DNA of 64,000 nucleotides from a virus, in the IMG/VR virus record IMGVR_UViG_3300025842_000008. One strand, given 5' to 3'. Below the pieces are notes generated by a model, which saw only the letters and a list, made by a program, of their open reading frames with translations, did no database searches and was not told the DNA's origin. The stretch's first letter is position 1. Every line of letters starts with the position of its first letter. Both the position numbers and the translations under genes were made by a program. This document shows, one piece after another, positions 18,602 through 27,635 of this stretch.

Positions 18602-18820
18602 TTAAGCACCAGCCACTTCATAAGGGCGAATTTCCAGAGACATGCTGGGGTTAAGGGATTCTGGTGCATCTGCAGGATCAATTTCAGAACCGTTCAGAAT
18701 AACCCGGAACTTGCCAAGACCTGCGTTACGTGCAGCGTTAACAACAGTATCGCGAAAAGAAGAACCGGCTTCGATAGTGTTGGTGGAACCATTAATGGTA
18801 AGAGTAGTACTTTCAGTCAT
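18602..18820 (-). CDS. Ubiquitin-like (beta-grasp) protein, 72 aa, ending EVAG-A
   Basis: AAAGGAG SD before ATG 18820; TLTING..FRVILNG..LEIRPYEVAGA fits the beta-grasp strand pattern. Confidence 0.8.
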   Translation of the reverse strand: MTESTTLTINGSTNTIEAGSSFRDTVVNAARNAGLGKFRVILNGSEIDPADAPESLNPSMSLEIRPYEVAGA

Positions 18821-18897
18821 ATTAAATCTCCTTTCAAGAGAAGTGTGAATTTCCTCACCATGAGGATAAAAATTATTGTTTCGCTTAAGACAGGAAC

Positions 18898-18926
18898 ATA
18901 TTATCAACTCGTCCTCGGTATGTCAA
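18898..18926 (-). promoter_or_regulatory. sigma70-type promoter for the Ubl gene
   Basis: TTGACA-17-TAATAT with TG extension. Confidence 0.8.
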
Positions 18927-18934
18927 CACTTTTT

Positions 18935-19564
18935 TCACATTCCACGTTTATGGTAAGTTGATTTATTGCTAGACTCTGTTGTCCATTTTTGTTCGGTATC
19001 ATCAACCGTCCAAACGTTTTCTTTTTTCGATGCATTCCATAAGCCATGACCCAACGGATTCGTTAACGGAAGACCACACGATTTACGAAGGTATTCCCAT
19101 CCTTCTGTGACCGATTTTTTGTAATAATCATCAAATTCAACTATATCCAATGGGATTTCGGTTGGAATATTTATATTAAAATATTTTTCGAGTTTCTTGA
19201 TGTTTGTTACAAAATTTACATGATATGCGTAGTAACGATCAATATCACCCTTGGTTGGAATCACACTGTGATCTTCTTTTGAAATCAATTCAATTTCAGC
19301 TTTAAGGGCATCTTGAAATTCTTTCTCTTGTTTACTTTGTAGATCAAGATTTGAATCCTGAATTTTTTTGACACCAAAAATGATTTCACTTTCCTCTTTA
19401 TGGAGCCAATTATCAATCCTTTCATGTACCCATTTGAATATGTTCATACTTTTCCTTTCAATCTCGATATCAATCTTCTGATTTCTGTAAAAGATAGTAA
19501 TTTTCTCTGCCATCGTTTCTTTCAAATGATACCATACCAGATTCTTGTGAATCCATCCATACAA
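18935..19564 (-). CDS. Hypothetical protein
   Basis: 209 aa ORF. Confidence 0.6.
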   Translation of the reverse strand: MYGWIHKNLVWYHLKETMAEKITIFYRNQKIDIEIERKSMNIFKWVHERIDNWLHKEESEIIFGVKKIQDSNLDLQSKQEKEFQDALKAEIELISKEDHSVIPTKGDIDRYYAYHVNFVTNIKKLEKYFNINIPTEIPLDIVEFDDYYKKSVTEGWEYLRKSCGLPLTNPLGHGLWNASKKENVWTVDDTEQKWTTESSNKSTYHKRGM

Positions 19565-20207
19565 ATTTTACCTTAAAATTCGTAAAATTATCATCAATAA
19601 CCTGCAAAAGAGCATTAAAATTCTTATAATCCAAACAAATATCACAATTAGAAACATTAATGGTTGCAAGTTCAAAACTAATCCCATTCATAAATCTGTT
19701 AGATCTGTCAGTTGTTTCAATTATAAACTTATTATCACAAACTGTAAAGTAGACAACTTCAAATTTACCAGCAATTTTACGAATTTTATCAAAATTACTT
19801 TTGAGTTCATTGGTCAATTCTAATTCATAGAATGGCTGAATGTTTGGAGTATTTCCGGTGAACGTTGTAACAGTGCTTGGCATACAAAAAAACAGGTCTG
19901 TTTTATGTCTACCAGCTTTTAGTACAATCCCTGCAGTATTAACACTTAGATCAACAACATCATTATCAATCAGGTTCAAGTATGGTTTAACATTTACATT
20001 TGGCTCATCAAAATATAAATCCACTTCATCTGGCAATTCCGTAACTACATCATTAGGAAGATCCAATGAAATAACAACAGAGTTCCCCTGACTTCTCATT
20101 TTTGATATCACTCTATCTCTTTGAATGTTCAAGTGAACAGAGGGAATCACATAGTTCAATGTCGCTTTTTTGATCAATTCTTGTAAATTATTTACATTAA
20201 TATTCAT
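19470..20207 (-). CDS. gp45: Sliding clamp (gp45-like)
   Basis: 245 aa two-domain beta-rich pattern, next to the clamp loader genes. Confidence 0.65.
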   Translation of the reverse strand: MNINVNNLQELIKKATLNYVIPSVHLNIQRDRVISKMRSQGNSVVISLDLPNDVVTELPDEVDLYFDEPNVNVKPYLNLIDNDVVDLSVNTAGIVLKAGRHKTDLFFCMPSTVTTFTGNTPNIQPFYELELTNELKSNFDKIRKIAGKFEVVYFTVCDNKFIIETTDRSNRFMNGISFELATINVSNCDICLDYKNFNALLQVIDDNFTNFKVKFVWMDSQESGMVSFERNDGRENYYLLQKSED

Positions 20208-20225
20208 ATATATATCCCTTTATTT

Positions 20226-20555
20226 TTAATCGCACTCAATCCAAACTTTATTCTCCTTAAAATTTTCAAGAAGTTTCAGATGTAAGTGGTATTTTTCTTG
20301 TCGTAAAACTGTTGTTTTGAAATGAGACAAGAACCATATTGCCAACAGTATATTAATAATACTTAACCCTATGGGATTGAACATAAAACATGCTACATTA
20401 AGACCAAATGCACACGCCAAAAAAGCACTCATAAACTCTTCTAAATACAAAACTTTCTTAAGCTTACTCGATGTTCGATTAATCTTCGACATAAGTTCTT
20501 CTTCTGATACATCAACCCCTTGACTCATAACAACATCACTCTTTTTTTCTGACAT
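20226..20555 (-). CDS. Small membrane protein
   Basis: Two hydrophobic segments. Confidence 0.65.
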   Translation of the reverse strand: MSEKKSDVVMSQGVDVSEEELMSKINRTSSKLKKVLYLEEFMSAFLACAFGLNVACFMFNPIGLSIINILLAIWFLSHFKTTVLRQEKYHLHLKLLENFKENKVWIECD

Positions 20556-20559
20556 AGTT

Positions 20560-20919
20560 CTACCCTTTCCCTATTGAAAGAAGTGCTTCTCTTTTTGAGA
20601 CTCCGTAAGTTTCCATGAGAGATTTAACTTTCTCATTATCTTTTGATTCCTTGGATTTTTTTGTAAATTTAATAAATCTCTTCTTTTTTGGAATCTTTGA
20701 TACATAATACCGGAATATTAGTTTATCGTCAAGGGAAAAATGATATTGATTTATTTTATTAACAATTTCAATAAGTTCTGGATCTTCTGACAGAAACAAT
20801 GAGATAACCCATGCACTAACCTCTTTCGGATTATAATTACAAGGGGTTTTAGTGTTTATTGCGTTCAACACCTCTGTTAGATGGTTTCCTTTTTTTGTTG
20901 GGGACTTTCTTTTTATCAT
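20560..20919 (-). CDS. gp62: Clamp loader small subunit (gp62-like)
   Basis: IPKKKRFIKF..V..LM..YGVS.REAL. Confidence 0.8.
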   Translation of the reverse strand: MIKRKSPTKKGNHLTEVLNAINTKTPCNYNPKEVSAWVISLFLSEDPELIEIVNKINQYHFSLDDKLIFRYYVSKIPKKKRFIKFTKKSKESKDNEKVKSLMETYGVSKREALLSIGKG

Positions 20920-21073
20920 CAGTTTTCTCCTTGAAATCTGGTTTTATGTTATCATTCAAAGAATCTTGTAGCTTTTTTAAGATATCAGGAGTCACTTCAA
21001 AGTTCTTTTTCTTTTGATTGTCATACCTCTTTTTTGATTTCATACCGCACCACCTCTCATCATTTTCACACAC
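20849..21073 (-). CDS. Small basic hypothetical protein
   Basis: ORF between gp44 and gp62. Confidence 0.45.
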   Translation of the reverse strand: MCENDERWCGMKSKKRYDNQKKKNFEVTPDILKKLQDSLNDNIKPDFKEKTDDKKKVPNKKRKPSNRGVERNKH

Positions 21074-22011
21074 ATACTTATAAAGTTTATCTCCCTGTTA
21101 GCTACCATATTATCGCGATAGTCATGTTCACCAACCAATTCTATCGCCACACCTGCGTTTTTAAACTTCTCATCATCATTAAATAATATATCACATATAA
21201 ACATATAAAGACTTGTATAGTCAATAGGATTGGATTTTAGAATAGCCCTTATCTTATCCAATTCGCCTTTATATAATCCGTCCAAGATTTCCTTATACGT
21301 CTCTTCTGATGCAGATAATACAAAGTTGTCTCGTAACACACCATCAATAACATTCATTCTTAATGTTACCAATGTATTACGGACATCGGGCTTTTTCTGC
21401 CATATAGACTTGACCATTTCAACTACAGTTTTTTTGTTATACTTAACCCCTTCTTGGTCAAGAATAGACCAACAACGTTTAACAACATCGACTGCTGGCG
21501 GATTGTTTAATTCCACGTGCTGACACCTAGAAAACATTTCATCCATAATTTTATGGGGATAGTTACATGCCAAAATGAATCTGGTGTATTTTTGTGTCTG
21601 TTCAATTAAATCACGCAACATAGCCTGTCCGTTGTGCGAAAGATAATCAACCTCATTAAGAAAAACTATCTTAAGGGCACCAAAACCGATGGATGTTGCA
21701 AATGGTTTAACTTTATCACGAACATCATCAATGCTCGTATAATCCGAACAATTAATCTTAAGGATATCTATATCAGGATGTGTTGACCTGAGAACATCGA
21801 CGAATGTTCCTTTTCCTGTACCGGGAGGTCCGCTAAGTATCATGTTAGGTAATTCATCAAGTGCTTTCTTTAAAACCGGTTTGAGTTCTTCCGACACAAT
21901 CATTTCTTCAAATGATTTTGGCATGTATTTAAATTCATAGGGAGTAGTATTCACAGATAATCCTTTTTTGTTTTTATTGACATTAAAGCGAAAGGGTGGA
22001 ATGTAAACCAT
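21040..22011 (-). CDS. gp44: Clamp loader large subunit (gp44/RFC-like AAA+)
   Basis: GPPGTGKGT, NEVDYL, RFILACN, SRC. Confidence 0.92.
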   Translation of the reverse strand: MVYIPPFRFNVNKNKKGLSVNTTPYEFKYMPKSFEEMIVSEELKPVLKKALDELPNMILSGPPGTGKGTFVDVLRSTHPDIDILKINCSDYTSIDDVRDKVKPFATSIGFGALKIVFLNEVDYLSHNGQAMLRDLIEQTQKYTRFILACNYPHKIMDEMFSRCQHVELNNPPAVDVVKRCWSILDQEGVKYNKKTVVEMVKSIWQKKPDVRNTLVTLRMNVIDGVLRDNFVLSASEETYKEILDGLYKGELDKIRAILKSNPIDYTSLYMFICDILFNDDEKFKNAGVAIELVGEHDYRDNMVANREINFISMCVKMMRGGAV

Positions 22012-22047
22012 CCTTTTATGACATTAATATAATAGATTATTTGATAA

Positions 22048-22320
22048 TTATTCGATTGTATCCTTTAGCTGTTGAGATGGTTTGAACGTGGGAATTCTTT
22101 TAGGTGGAACACGAACCGGAGTACCAGTTTGCGGATTACGTGCCAATCTAGGTTTTCTTTGTCTTACAATAAAGTTCCCAAAACCAACCAAAGTCACCTT
22201 ACCGTCTTTTTTCATACCAAATTCAATACCTTCCAAAATAGCATCCACAAAAATTTTTACATCTTTTTTGTATGTTCCTGTTTGGTTTGCAACATATTCT
22301 ACTAGCTTTGCTTTATTCAT
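22048..22320 (-). CDS. hup: HU-like histone-like DNA-binding protein
   Basis: MNKAKLV, LVGFGNF, ARNPQTG and FKPS. Confidence 0.95.
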   Translation of the reverse strand: MNKAKLVEYVANQTGTYKKDVKIFVDAILEGIEFGMKKDGKVTLVGFGNFIVRQRKPRLARNPQTGTPVRVPPKRIPTFKPSQQLKDTIE

Positions 22321-22516
22321 AAATTTAAACTCTCCTCAACTTCAACAAATTATTTACTATCAATAATATTGAATTTTACTGTAAATGTAAACCTTTATGT
22401 TTCTCTTTACGTGAATATTTCTTATCACCATGTCTTTGAGTAGGAGGTGCGATAGGTTTCCTAATTTTATCAAAAACTGATTTATTTTTATTCTTTTTCA
22501 TGGCAACGAACCTTTA

Positions 22517-22774
22517 TTATTTTGTTTGATAAACAGGGATATACGATGTGTTTACAGATTTTTTCTTAAGTTCTTTTTGTTTCTTCTCTCTATCCGAATC
22601 CGTTTCAGGGTCATATGGATCGTCACCCTCTTCATCGGTATCAGACTCTGAATCTGATGCCTGTTCATCAGAATCTTTATCATCATTCTTCTTCTTTGCC
22701 GGGAAATTTTTACCGTCACTCCCCCCTTCACCAAGGAAGAGGTCAATCTTTTCTAGTAAATCCATATTATACAC
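22517..22774 (-). CDS. Small acidic late protein
   Basis: TATAAATA at 22798-22805; leader DLFLGE-G. Confidence 0.6.
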   Translation of the reverse strand: MYNMDLLEKIDLFLGEGGSDGKNFPAKKKNDDKDSDEQASDSESDTDEEGDDPYDPETDSDREKKQKELKKKSVNTSYIPVYQTK

Positions 22775-22825
22775 TCCTGTTGTGTTTATTACAAGAGTAT
22801 TTATAAAATTTTACACAAAAAAATT

Positions 22826-22860
22826 GAAGGGATGCCACAATGTGAGTGTAGTATCCCTTC
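22826..22860 (-). terminator. Terminator-like hairpin
   Basis: GAAGGGAT/ATCCCTTC stem plus T tract on the minus strand. Confidence 0.55.
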
Positions 22861-23241
22861 GTCTTCTCTAGTTATATAGTCTCTAGTATAATGTATAATC
22901 TTTATATAAGTCTAGATCATACGGGAGGGCAAGAATTTTTTTAGATTTGTGTCCTTGTAATCTCCTAACCCTTGAATTACGAACAAGGATATACTACCAT
23001 CGTTAAGTTATCTTCTTTAAGTTTCTTTAATTAGTGTTTCTACTACGGCGAACCTCGGATTTTTACTAGTCTAGTTCCAATCATACGTTCTCCTGTCAGT
23101 TATACACTTTTCAGTAACGTTTTTCAACCTGTGGCCGCAAGCTAGGAGGATTCCTTCATCATCATCGCTAATGTGTCGGTCATCACCCTTTAAGAGTCTA
23201 TAGAATATCAAATAGGAATGGGTATGTAAACCCCTTTGGAC

Positions 23242-23430
23242 AAAAAAGAAGGGCTTTTATTCATTGCTGAGGAAAAAGCCCTAAGAAAAACCTTATATAT
23301 CAACAGCGAATCCGCTGTTAAAGAGGGGATGGGCGAAGTAACCTCTCACCCTATAGGTTGGTCTGAGCATGTTACCTTTACAGACCGTGTATAAGGGGGA
23401 TTTTTAAGGAAAACCCCCGAACCATCCGAA
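23242..23430 (-). ncRNA. Candidate structured late ncRNA (about 190 nt)
   Basis: TATAAATA 23433-23440; multibranch stems; terminator 23250-23282 plus U tract; no ORF. Confidence 0.5.
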
Positions 23431-23464
23431 AGTATTTATAAAATCTTGACTTCTAATAAAATTT

Positions 23465-23683
23465 TTATAAAACTTCCTCAACCTTATCAATTTTGGTACG
23501 TTTAACTTCGTCTTCACACATATAGAAGACCATCTTCTCTGTAGTTTTCAATAAGGGGTATCGTTCACCCTCAATAACAACGATTTTACTATCACTGGCA
23601 TAATTAGTATTTTTCTCTATCATCTTCATCAATCCAGACAACAAAACCATCAGAACTCTTTTGTAGGATGTAATCCTGCCCAT
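23465..23683 (-). CDS. Small hypothetical protein
   Basis: ORF track. Confidence 0.5.
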   Translation of the reverse strand: MGRITSYKRVLMVLLSGLMKMIEKNTNYASDSKIVVIEGERYPLLKTTEKMVFYMCEDEVKRTKIDKVEEVL

Positions 23684-23855
23684 TATATCTTACAAAATGT
23701 TTGTTCAGGGTCTTGTTATGCTTTGGTTTCCTTGTGATTTTTTTCACAACATCGTGATAATAAGGTCTTACACAAAATTTAATCTCAACTTTTTCCATTA
23801 GTAGCCCCTTTCTCGTATAAAACACACTACCATGTTTCATATAAGATGTAAACAT
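23604..23855 (-). CDS. Small hypothetical protein
   Basis: ORF track. Confidence 0.55.
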   Translation of the reverse strand: MFTSYMKHGSVFYTRKGLLMEKVEIKFCVRPYYHDVVKKITRKPKHNKTLNKHFVRYNGQDYILQKSSDGFVVWIDEDDREKY

Positions 23856-24124
23856 TAATCCTCGTTAACAGGTTTAACATTTTCACCACGACCTTTTGCC
23901 TCTTTAAATGCTCTCCAATACTGTGACGTTTCACCTGTCCAATCACACATATCAGTCTTGTTATTATACTTCAACTCAAATGAACCGAAATCAGGTTTTT
24001 TTGTCATTTGTTTCCCACACACAGGACAGACATCTTTTGGATCTTCTCCATATGAAAGCCATAAATCTTCTTTAATAATCCCACAATTCACACAAACTAT
24101 ATCTATCAACACTTTTTTAGACAT
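23855..24124 (-). CDS. FmdB-like zinc-ribbon protein
   Basis: CVNCG..CPVCGKQM. Confidence 0.75.
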   Translation of the reverse strand: MSKKVLIDIVCVNCGIIKEDLWLSYGEDPKDVCPVCGKQMTKKPDFGSFELKYNNKTDMCDWTGETSQYWRAFKEAKGRGENVKPVNED

Positions 24125-24148
24125 ATCACTCCTCTCTTTTTATTAATA

Positions 24149-24355
24149 TCATTTTGAATAACCACTATCATACCAACCCCCGCCTTTCAATTCAAATGAT
24201 GACACACTAGGTATTTTTATAGCATCACCACCACAATCCGAACATTTCATTTTATTAATATAAGAGTGACTCATTGGTATGAGATTTTCTTTAACACATC
24301 CACATACCTTGCATTTAAATTCATATATAGGAATGACACACCTCCTCCATCTCAC
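24149..24355 (-). CDS. FmdB family zinc-ribbon protein
   Basis: PIYEFKCKVCG..CSDCGG..FELKGGGWY. Confidence 0.85.
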   Translation of the reverse strand: MRWRRCVIPIYEFKCKVCGCVKENLIPMSHSYINKMKCSDCGGDAIKIPSVSSFELKGGGWYDSGYSK

Positions 24356-24423
24356 ACAAATATTTAAGTTTGTAAGATGTTGCTTTTATTGTATATAAAA
24401 AATTTATGACACTTAAACTCGTA

Positions 24424-25299
24424 TCAAGTAGTGGCATCTATTCTCTCCAAAAAGTTTCTTATATTATTGATTAAATTTTTTACATTACCATCACTGTCGA
24501 AATAAACGGATGATGATTTTTTATTACCGAAATTGTAGATACCACCCTCTTTGAATTGTCCTACATTCTCACCCCATGATATACAAGGAGCGCCTTGTAG
24601 GTTAGATATAACTGCCCAATGAGAACATGGACACACGACAGCGGTGGCGTTTGTGATTGCTGTTACAATTTTTTTATAACCATTCCGTAAATAATCAACA
24701 TTTTTTAAAATTTCATTATCATCTGGTAAGTGACACTTCATATCACCTATCAACGATACTCTGTAGTTTTTTTGTAAAAAGTCCCATATATGAATGGCAT
24801 CAGCGGGTGACATACATTCATCTGGAATAAAAACAATGTTCCCTCTCTTCTTTGAAATGGAAACTTTAATTGGTTCAAAAACCTTATGATACATTGATAT
24901 AGGTGATATGTATTTGACATATGGTAGTGATTGGTGATTAATGTCTTTTTTAATACAACCTATCTGCTCAACAATATCATCCTTATATTCTTTAACAATT
25001 GACATAAAATCACGTTGATCTACATCTTTATGAGAATATCCATTATGATGAATTTCTTGCCGCGTAATCTGTTTGTATACAGGTATAAACTTCTTATTGG
25101 AAATCTGCGGATAAAGAAATTTTCTATTAAAATGAGATGAATAGAATACCGTTTTGCTTTCAGTATTTAACTCAATCCATCTCATATGAGGTCTAAATGT
25201 CAATATTTCCTGTTCAAACGATCCAATAAATGGACCTAAAGCGAGAATTCTTCTATCCATATTATACCCTTTTACACTAATATAAGATTTCCTGACCAA
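24424..25299 (-). CDS. Hypothetical protein, possible GT-B glycosyltransferase-like
   Basis: GPFIGSF N-terminus; VVCPCSHWAVISNLQGAP resembles a GT9-type C-terminal motif; weak. Confidence 0.4.
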   Translation of the reverse strand: MVRKSYISVKGYNMDRRILALGPFIGSFEQEILTFRPHMRWIELNTESKTVFYSSHFNRKFLYPQISNKKFIPVYKQITRQEIHHNGYSHKDVDQRDFMSIVKEYKDDIVEQIGCIKKDINHQSLPYVKYISPISMYHKVFEPIKVSISKKRGNIVFIPDECMSPADAIHIWDFLQKNYRVSLIGDMKCHLPDDNEILKNVDYLRNGYKKIVTAITNATAVVCPCSHWAVISNLQGAPCISWGENVGQFKEGGIYNFGNKKSSSVYFDSDGNVKNLINNIRNFLERIDATT

Positions 25300-25742
25300 T
25301 TGTTATAAGGAGCCGGGTTCTCTTTGTAAAACTTATGACCGACAATCATAACTTCGGTGTTTAGTAGAATATCTTCTAGTGACACAGAAAACACAAATGC
25401 CTTTTCTAATATACTCAATTTTGTTGTATCCAATAAAACTTTATTATTTCTTTTAAAAAATGTAATCAGTTTATCACCTTCAACATTGGATATATAATAT
25501 TTTTTGTTTGTGTTCCGTAAAATGTCGTTATAAAATTTTACATTACTATCAATTACGAATCTATTTGTTAATTTGAATGTCTTTAATACATACTCTACTT
25601 TTTCAAGGGAAGGATTTTTAAATTCCAATTTTATTAAATGAATACGTGGTATTGACTGAATTTTTTGATCTGTCATATTTAATTCATTTATACGAACATA
25701 ATCACTCCCCATAGTTGTTATTTTCATTACACTTTCCTCCAT
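25272..25742 (-). CDS. Hypothetical protein
   Basis: 156 aa ORF; TATAAATA 25762-25769. Confidence 0.65.
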   Translation of the reverse strand: MEESVMKITTMGSDYVRINELNMTDQKIQSIPRIHLIKLEFKNPSLEKVEYVLKTFKLTNRFVIDSNVKFYNDILRNTNKKYYISNVEGDKLITFFKRNNKVLLDTTKLSILEKAFVFSVSLEDILLNTEVMIVGHKFYKENPAPYNNWSGNLILV

Positions 25743-25764
25743 TAAATATACAATTTAATTATAT

Positions 25765-26799
25765 TTATACAACCTTTTTCATAATCATGGAGGTTTTAAA
25801 GGAATTAAATGAATTTTCTATAATAAAATTATATATGTTGAACTGATTTCCCATCCTAATCCTTATATCATTAAGATCTTTGTCAGTATCAGTGGGCATA
25901 TAGAAATACTTCAATTGTTGTCTATACTTTGAATTTTCTAATAGCTTTTTATAGTTCTCATACCCCGATGTATCAATTCTGGGATTATCTAATGCACATA
26001 TGACACCTTTTCTAGATAAATGTATTACTTTTTCTAGAAAATCATCATCAATTGATGCGCCTAAACATGAGGTGCCTTGGTTGCCTTCAATCATCCAAGC
26101 ATCAATTAGACCCTCACATACGATAATATACTTATCAGGGTCAAACAAATGACTATTTAACACAATATCTTTCTTAATGAATTTAGGATTCTTATATTTC
26201 GGTAATATGTCTTTGGACATAGCACGACCTTGAAAGTATGTCATACGCCCTAATTCATCATATACAGGTAAAATAAATCTATTTTTATACTTACCCCTAA
26301 ACGCTACTGTAACTTCCCTTCTAATGGGGATTTTTCGATCTACAATGAACTTTTTGAGTTCATCATGGTAACGTTTTTCTATTCTTCCATCTGGTTCATC
26401 TTTAAGCGATATACAATCATTAAAATCAAGGTCTAGAACACCCTGCTCATCATTAGAATCCTCATATTTCTTCTTGCCATCCAATTTATCGAGTAATTCC
26501 TGTGAATGGTATGTCTTGCTTTCGCTAAGAGCATCATTCGCTTCCTTCCAAGTACAACCAACAACGCGAGAATATAACGACTGTATATTCCCTGAGTTCT
26601 CAGGACATCCACCATTGTAACACTTATAAATCCATTCATCATACCTTGGATAAAAGTCAATATTCAATCTACGCATATTGGGATTTTTTTGAGAATCACC
26701 ACAAATGGGACAACGGGCTATATACCCACTCCCCCTTTTTTTAGACTTTTGTAGTCTTGAATAAACAAAATCTTCGACTTTATATTGCTCAACACTCAT
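25765..26799 (-). CDS. gp61: DNA primase (gp61-like)
   Basis: CPICGDS..CYNGGC Zn finger; FQGR; TOPRIM EGLID and LDN. Confidence 0.92.
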   Translation of the reverse strand: MSVEQYKVEDFVYSRLQKSKKRGSGYIARCPICGDSQKNPNMRRLNIDFYPRYDEWIYKCYNGGCPENSGNIQSLYSRVVGCTWKEANDALSESKTYHSQELLDKLDGKKKYEDSNDEQGVLDLDFNDCISLKDEPDGRIEKRYHDELKKFIVDRKIPIRREVTVAFRGKYKNRFILPVYDELGRMTYFQGRAMSKDILPKYKNPKFIKKDIVLNSHLFDPDKYIIVCEGLIDAWMIEGNQGTSCLGASIDDDFLEKVIHLSRKGVICALDNPRIDTSGYENYKKLLENSKYRQQLKYFYMPTDTDKDLNDIRIRMGNQFNIYNFIIENSFNSFKTSMIMKKVV

Positions 26800-27101
26800 T
26801 AAATTCTCTCAATATATTCGATCAGGATATCACCGTGACAAGGTTTCGGTTTACAGAAGCACACCAAAGTCTTACCTTTGAGGTCTTTAACCCTTCGATA
26901 AAACTCAGTGTCAGTCATAAGTCTGTGTTCAAGATATTTGCGATACTTTTCAAGCGTAGAACCACGTTTCCGTCCTGTCTGTATGGGAAATGGGTTACCG
27001 AAGTAACCACTCATCCCTTTACCGGAACGACCAATGTAAACATATTCGGGATTCTCTTCCCAACCTTTCGGTGCCCAATTGATATGTATTACTGTTGTCA
27101 T
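26799..27101 (-). CDS. DUF4326-like protein
   Basis: VYIGR..GNPF..LVCFCKPKPCHGDIL. Confidence 0.85.
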   Translation of the reverse strand: MTTVIHINWAPKGWEENPEYVYIGRSGKGMSGYFGNPFPIQTGRKRGSTLEKYRKYLEHRLMTDTEFYRRVKDLKGKTLVCFCKPKPCHGDILIEYIERI

Positions 27102-27195
27102 GGGTGAATAGTAACATAATTATTATTGATATTTACCCAACTTTTAACTACAAATTCATTGATATTCATGATTAGAATAAACCATTTCTTGACAG

Positions 27196-27399
27196 TTATC
27201 TTTGTATGAAATTTATACAATCAAACTCAATTGGTGTATAAAGTTCGGATTTTATTTTGCAAACAGGTTCAAAAAGATCCCATTCACATTCTCTAATGCC
27301 ATCTAAAATGATACAATATACACACTCCCTGCACAATTTAGTGTAAAGAGTCTCTATATTCTCCAATAGTATAAGTTCTTGCATGCATCTTAACTTCAT
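27196..27399 (-). CDS. Small Cys-rich hypothetical protein
   Basis: CRECVYC..C..C. Confidence 0.5.
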   Translation of the reverse strand: MKLRCMQELILLENIETLYTKLCRECVYCIILDGIRECEWDLFEPVCKIKSELYTPIEFDCINFIQR

Positions 27400-27634
27400 C
27401 CTTTATTTTTTTGGGGAACATATCATAAAATTGCTGAATGTCTTCGTCATCAGTCAAACCAAACCACTCCATCATATACATCAATGTTTGTGTTGGATTA
27501 TCTGTAATACCTCTCTCAAGCAAACCATCATAAATCTTTTTGATTGATCGTTTGAGTGTTTGGCTAACCGCCTGTCGTGAAATACCCATTTCACGTGCAA
27601 TTTCAGATCCCGTCTTCGATCTAACACGTTCCAT
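27338..27634 (-). CDS. HTH DNA-binding protein (sigma region 4-like)
   Basis: SEIAREMGISRQAVSQTLKR. Confidence 0.8.
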   Translation of the reverse strand: MERVRSKTGSEIAREMGISRQAVSQTLKRSIKKIYDGLLERGITDNPTQTLMYMMEWFGLTDDEDIQQFYDMFPKKIKDEVKMHARTYTIGEYRDSLH

Positions 27635-27635
27635 A

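Noticed and set aside
16832-18820. ThiF/ThiS or MoeB/MoaD sulfur relay for tRNA thiolation
   Set aside because: Not favoured (no desulfurase, rhodanese or thiolase nearby; single-Gly Ubl; E2-like and JAB genes adjacent), though not formally excluded
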